Shown here: in pieces, positions 61,107-64,000 of the stretch
Layout: each line of letters starts with the position of its first letter
How positions within the stretch are numbered: the first letter of the stretch is position 1
Assembly: GCA_965221695.1 (NCBI GenBank)
Contig: OZ244905.1
Coordinates: 2,656,001 to 2,720,000, forward strand
Length of the DNA: 64,000 nt
Direction: 5' to 3'
Origin: Gammaproteobacteria bacterium
GTDB lineage: Bacteria > Pseudomonadota > Gammaproteobacteria > Eutrophobiales > Eutrophobiaceae
Made by a program: the position numbers and the translations under genes
Notes under the pieces: model-generated
The model's database searches: none
What the model saw: the letters and a program-made list of their open reading frames with translations, nothing else
Told to the model about the DNA's origin: nothing

Positions 61107-61346
61107 ATGTCTTATCATGAACGAATTACGGTGGAACCAGGCAAACGGGGAGGCAAACCCTGTATTCGAAGGTTGCGAATTACTGTCAATGACGTACTGG
61201 AATATCTTGCTTCCGGAATGACAGAGCAAGAAATCCTAGCTGATTTTCCTGATTTAGAACCAGAAGATATCAAAGCATGTTTGGCATTTGCTGCCGAGCG
61301 AAAACGGAAATTCGTATTGGCGCAAAAAAGTGAAACTGCTTGTTGA
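61107..61346 (+). CDS. DUF433 antitoxin (VapB45-like)
   Basis: 'RIT..PG..GGKPCIR..RITV.DVL..LASG....EIL.DFP.LE.EDI.ACL.FAA'. Confidence 0.92.
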   Translation: MSYHERITVEPGKRGGKPCIRRLRITVNDVLEYLASGMTEQEILADFPDLEPEDIKACLAFAAERKRKFVLAQKSETAC

Positions 61347-61662
61347 CGAAAACCTGTCACCCCGTCTAACTGGCTTTCTTTCGACCAACTTTCCCGGTTC
61401 CGCACATGTGCGCGATGTTGGACTGGCCAGAGCCGATGATGAAACTATCTGGGCCTATGCGAAAAACCATGGATTTGTAATTGTTTCCAAGGGTTCGGAT
61501 TTTTTCCTCAAAGCAGTCAAGTCAATGCCTCATCCCAAACTGATTTGGATTCAACGTGGTAACTGTAGTACGAGGGAAGTAAGGACTCTGTTTGAAGATT
61601 ACCTGCCTGTTCTTCAAAGCTTTGAAAAAAGTACGGATGTATCCTTTCTTAAAATGGTATGA
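61330..61662 (+). CDS. DUF5615 PIN-like toxin (VapC45-like), possibly inactivated
   Basis: 'LLVDENLSP', 'HV.D.GL..A.D..IW.YA', 'SKGSDF' (usually T/SKDxDF), 'P..IW...GN.ST'; overlaps DUF433. Confidence 0.85.
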   Translation: MKLLVDENLSPRLTGFLSTNFPGSAHVRDVGLARADDETIWAYAKNHGFVIVSKGSDFFLKAVKSMPHPKLIWIQRGNCSTREVRTLFEDYLPVLQSFEKSTDVSFLKMV

Positions 61663-61664
61663 CT

Positions 61665-61961
61665 TCAACGGTTGATATCATGCCTGGCTTCAAACTCAGC
61701 TGTGAACTCATCAAGTGGCCGGCCTTGTTCAGACAGGGCATGTCTGATAATCCGCACGCTCTCGGCATAGTTTGCCAATACCGCTATTTTTTCGTAGGTT
61801 TCAGAATCCTGGACTACCACAGCAGCGTTGCCATTGACCGTTAGAAGCTCTGGACGTTTGCTTTTGTTCGGTCGTGTAATATGCGTCGCCGGTTTCCGGC
61901 TGAAGTCAGTGACCGATTGTTGTTCAAACGTGAGCGGAGATTTCGTGTAGGCTTCTGCCAC
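61665..61961 (-). pseudogene. Chimeric ORF: about 15 N-terminal codons of AbiD/AbiF (Abi_2) fused to a Phd-like antitoxin
   Basis: GTG start after GAGG; 'YTKSPLTFEQQ' is an Abi_2-type N-terminus, followed by 'SVTDFSRK...RPELLTVNG.A.VVVQD' (Phd-like). Confidence 0.6.
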
Positions 61962-61983
61962 TGGAGATCCTCGGTACGCAGGC

Positions 61984-62034
61984 AAAAAAAAGCCGCCAAG
62001 GTTGCGCATTGTTAAGAGGCGTGACGGCTATGTT
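61984..62034 (-). ncRNA. abiF-type RNA motif with terminator
   Basis: Minus strand: AGCCGTCA-CGCCTCTTAACAATGCGCAACCT-TGGCGGCT followed by a U tract, directly upstream of an Abi_2-like start. Confidence 0.65.
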
Positions 62035-62040
62035 ACTCAT

Positions 62041-62069
62041 ATTATAGTTCCTGCTGGAAACAGATTCAA
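62041..62069 (-). promoter_or_regulatory. Sigma-70 promoter for the abiF-type RNA
   Basis: Minus strand: TTGAAT-N17-TATAAT. Confidence 0.75.
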
Positions 62070-62525
62070 GAGAGAGATAGTGTTTTCCATATTAGCGGGA
62101 GATTCTGTTAGCAACAAATTGATTTGTCCGCTTTTGTAACAAATCAATTCCTCTTTTATCTTTACACTGACACCGTCAAGATGTTAGCGGGAGCTTCTTG
62201 TAAATCCCTGATATGGTTGTTAAAGTATTTTGCATGGAAAAATTGATCGAAAGAATAAAACTAGGTCTTGAGAAAGGGCATTATTCACGCGAAGAACAAG
62301 TATGGGGTAGTGGCGCCGAAGTGGAATTTGAAATACCTACACGCACTTAGAGTTCAACAGCCAGTTGACACAGTCGGCTAACCTGACAAAAAAGCAAACC
62401 AACCGTTATCGGTTGAAAAACTAATCTCTGGTTTAGACAGTTGTGAAACCACAATGGAGGGATCGTTGTCCGAGACCGAATGAATCATAACGTGGAATAC
62501 AAGCCGTTTGACAGCGCGTAAAGAA

Positions 62526-63164
62526 ATGACTCCCGGACAACAATTTGTCGAAGCATTGAGCGAACTCGATTTTGAGAATACGTTTAACCCTTATTCGGAT
62601 CAATGTTTTGTTCACGACCTGGATGGTGCGCCAGTCTTTCGGTCACACGCATTGCAGGCTATGCTGGATGCGGCAACTGAGCAGGAAATTGATTCCCTCT
62701 GGATTGGGAGAGACCTTGGCTATCGTGGAGGCAGGCGGACTGGATTGGCCCTGACAGATGACGCCCATATTCAGGCCCATGCCAAACGCTGGAAGCTGTC
62801 GATTCAACGGCCAACAAAAGGCGCTCCGGTTACTGAACAAACAGCAGCGGTAACCTGGCGCGTGCTTGCGCAAATTGAATTATCCGTTTTCCTGTGGAAT
62901 GTCTTCCCACTGCATCCTCATGAACCCGATAATCCTTTCAGTAATCGCTCGCATAACGCGCGCGAACGCAGGGCCGGGGAAGAATTTCTCTCTGAGCTTA
63001 TCCTGCTTCTGAAGCCTCGTCGGCTTGTTGCAATCGGCAATGACGCGGCGCAGACGGTAAACCGTCTGAGACATGGGCATGAAGCCATCAAAATACGGCA
63101 TCCTGGCCATGGTGGACAAACCCGGTTCCTTGACCAAGTCAGCGCGCTGTACAACCTGCACTGA
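62526..63164 (+). CDS. Uracil-DNA glycosylase superfamily protein (atypical)
   Basis: 'FNPY', 'GRDLGYRGGRRTGLALTD', 'WNVFPLHPH', 'NR.H...E', 'RHP.HGG'. Confidence 0.78.
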   Translation: MTPGQQFVEALSELDFENTFNPYSDQCFVHDLDGAPVFRSHALQAMLDAATEQEIDSLWIGRDLGYRGGRRTGLALTDDAHIQAHAKRWKLSIQRPTKGAPVTEQTAAVTWRVLAQIELSVFLWNVFPLHPHEPDNPFSNRSHNARERRAGEEFLSELILLLKPRRLVAIGNDAAQTVNRLRHGHEAIKIRHPGHGGQTRFLDQVSALYNLH

Positions 63165-63206
63165 GATTTTGCTGATATATGCTGTGTAAATTTTACTAAC
63201 TGTCCT

Positions 63207-63358
63207 GCACCCCGAACATTCCGGTACGTACAGGAATTCAGTGAAACAAAGGGTCGCCCTCCGGGCGACACAGAATTTGACTGGACTCCCGCTTTCGCGG
63301 GAGTGGTACGGGGGAATACCTTGTTCTGTGCCAACAGTTACATGTAATCGGGGTGTGC
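63207..63358. repeat. REPIN-like element
   Basis: GTCGCCCTCCGGGCGAC...ACTGGACTCCCGCTTTCGCGGGAGTGGTA, with a tail similar to 45975-46025. Confidence 0.8.
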
Positions 63359-63507
63359 AGAGAGCTGATCATAAGGGTTTAGAGTTTGCAAACAACGTCT
63401 CGGATGAGATGACGTAATCAGGTCATGCCTGCTGGCGGTTTCTCCACATAACCGGCAGGGTTGCGACGGCGGGCCAGTAGTTTGTCAATTTCCCAGCGGG
63501 CGGCTGG

Positions 63508-63999
63508 TTAGACATCGGTGAGGCAGGTAGTCACTCCATTCAATTGTTTTGCGACCGGCAAGCCGTTTTTGAACAATATCCTGTTGGTATGCAAGGCCGG
63601 GATGCGGTCGCCGGGCAATATCACGCCTACCAGGTTCAGCGGATCGGTGGCGGAGATGACGACTGGAGGCAGCTCCTGCGTGGCGTTTTTCTGTTTCCTC
63701 AACAAGGCAATCGCCTCCGGTCGGGCAAATTGTTCGCCGGAGCAGCCTTCGACAAAATAACCGCCACGGATCTCGCCTCGCGCCTCCATGCGCCGGCACA
63801 TATACAGCAGCTCTCTCCACGGCGGTAAGTCGGGTTCGCGTTCCAGTACCTTGCGGAACAGCACACCATAACGCTTCAGCAGGGTATCGACAACCGCGCT
63901 CAGCGTGTTTTCGTCCGTGCCCGGCCAGGCGCGCTGTTCCGGGGTTTCGGGGTCTTCCGTTGAACTGACAATGGCCGACCAGCGCCCTGCGGCATCGAC
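63508..63999 (-). CDS. lhr: Lhr-family helicase, C-terminal part (runs off the window)
   Basis: 'LL.RYGV.FR..L.RE..LPPWR.LL...RR.EARGEIRGG.FV.G..GEQFA', 'A.DPLNL.G'. Confidence 0.85.
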   Translation of the reverse strand, partial: VDAAGRWSAIVSSTEDPETPEQRAWPGTDENTLSAVVDTLLKRYGVLFRKVLEREPDLPPWRELLYMCRRMEARGEIRGGYFVEGCSGEQFARPEAIALLRKQKNATQELPPVVISATDPLNLVGVILPGDRIPALHTNRILFKNGLPVAKQLNGVTTCLTDV

Positions 64000-64000
64000 G

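Noticed and set aside
58700-63200. Integron cassette array
   Set aside because: No intI. Isolated TAAC/GTTA words (e.g. about 59829, 62107, 62183) do not form paired attC sites, and genes are in mixed orientation.

Overview
Chromosomal window from a gammaproteobacterium (about 55% GC by eye), in four blocks. (1) 1-20.1 kb is an accessory catabolic region for nitrogen-containing aromatics. It has four Rieske oxygenase large subunits (two CarAa/OxoO-type), a ferredoxin, a BphC-type extradiol dioxygenase, a meta-cleavage hydrolase, 2-aminophenol 1,6-dioxygenase amnBA, amnD, amidases, AzoR, and an embedded trxB. (2) 20.2-39.9 kb is mostly housekeeping: leuA with a Leu-rich leader, udg, rimI, cysM, galE, rlmD, a small sulfated-glycan cluster, nagZ, dapF, xerC and smpB. 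(3) 39.9-58.7 kb has B12 uptake/salvage genes (btuCD-like, btuF, cobQ, cobalamin riboswitch-btuB, cobO) interleaved with bamE, fur, recN, nadK and hrcA-grpE-dnaK-dnaJ-dapB. (4) 58.7-63.2 kb is a toxin-antitoxin hotspot with nested direct repeats, followed by the 3' end of lhr. The strongest candidate for an undescribed system is an intact NYN/PIN nuclease gene preceded by a promoter, a short two-hairpin RNA and a terminator. This matches the type III RNA-antitoxin layout, and a decayed abiF RNA module with the same layout lies 3 kb away. Three families of non-autonomous repeats are present, one carrying consensus CsrA/RsmA sites. All calls come from motif recognition only; no searches were run.
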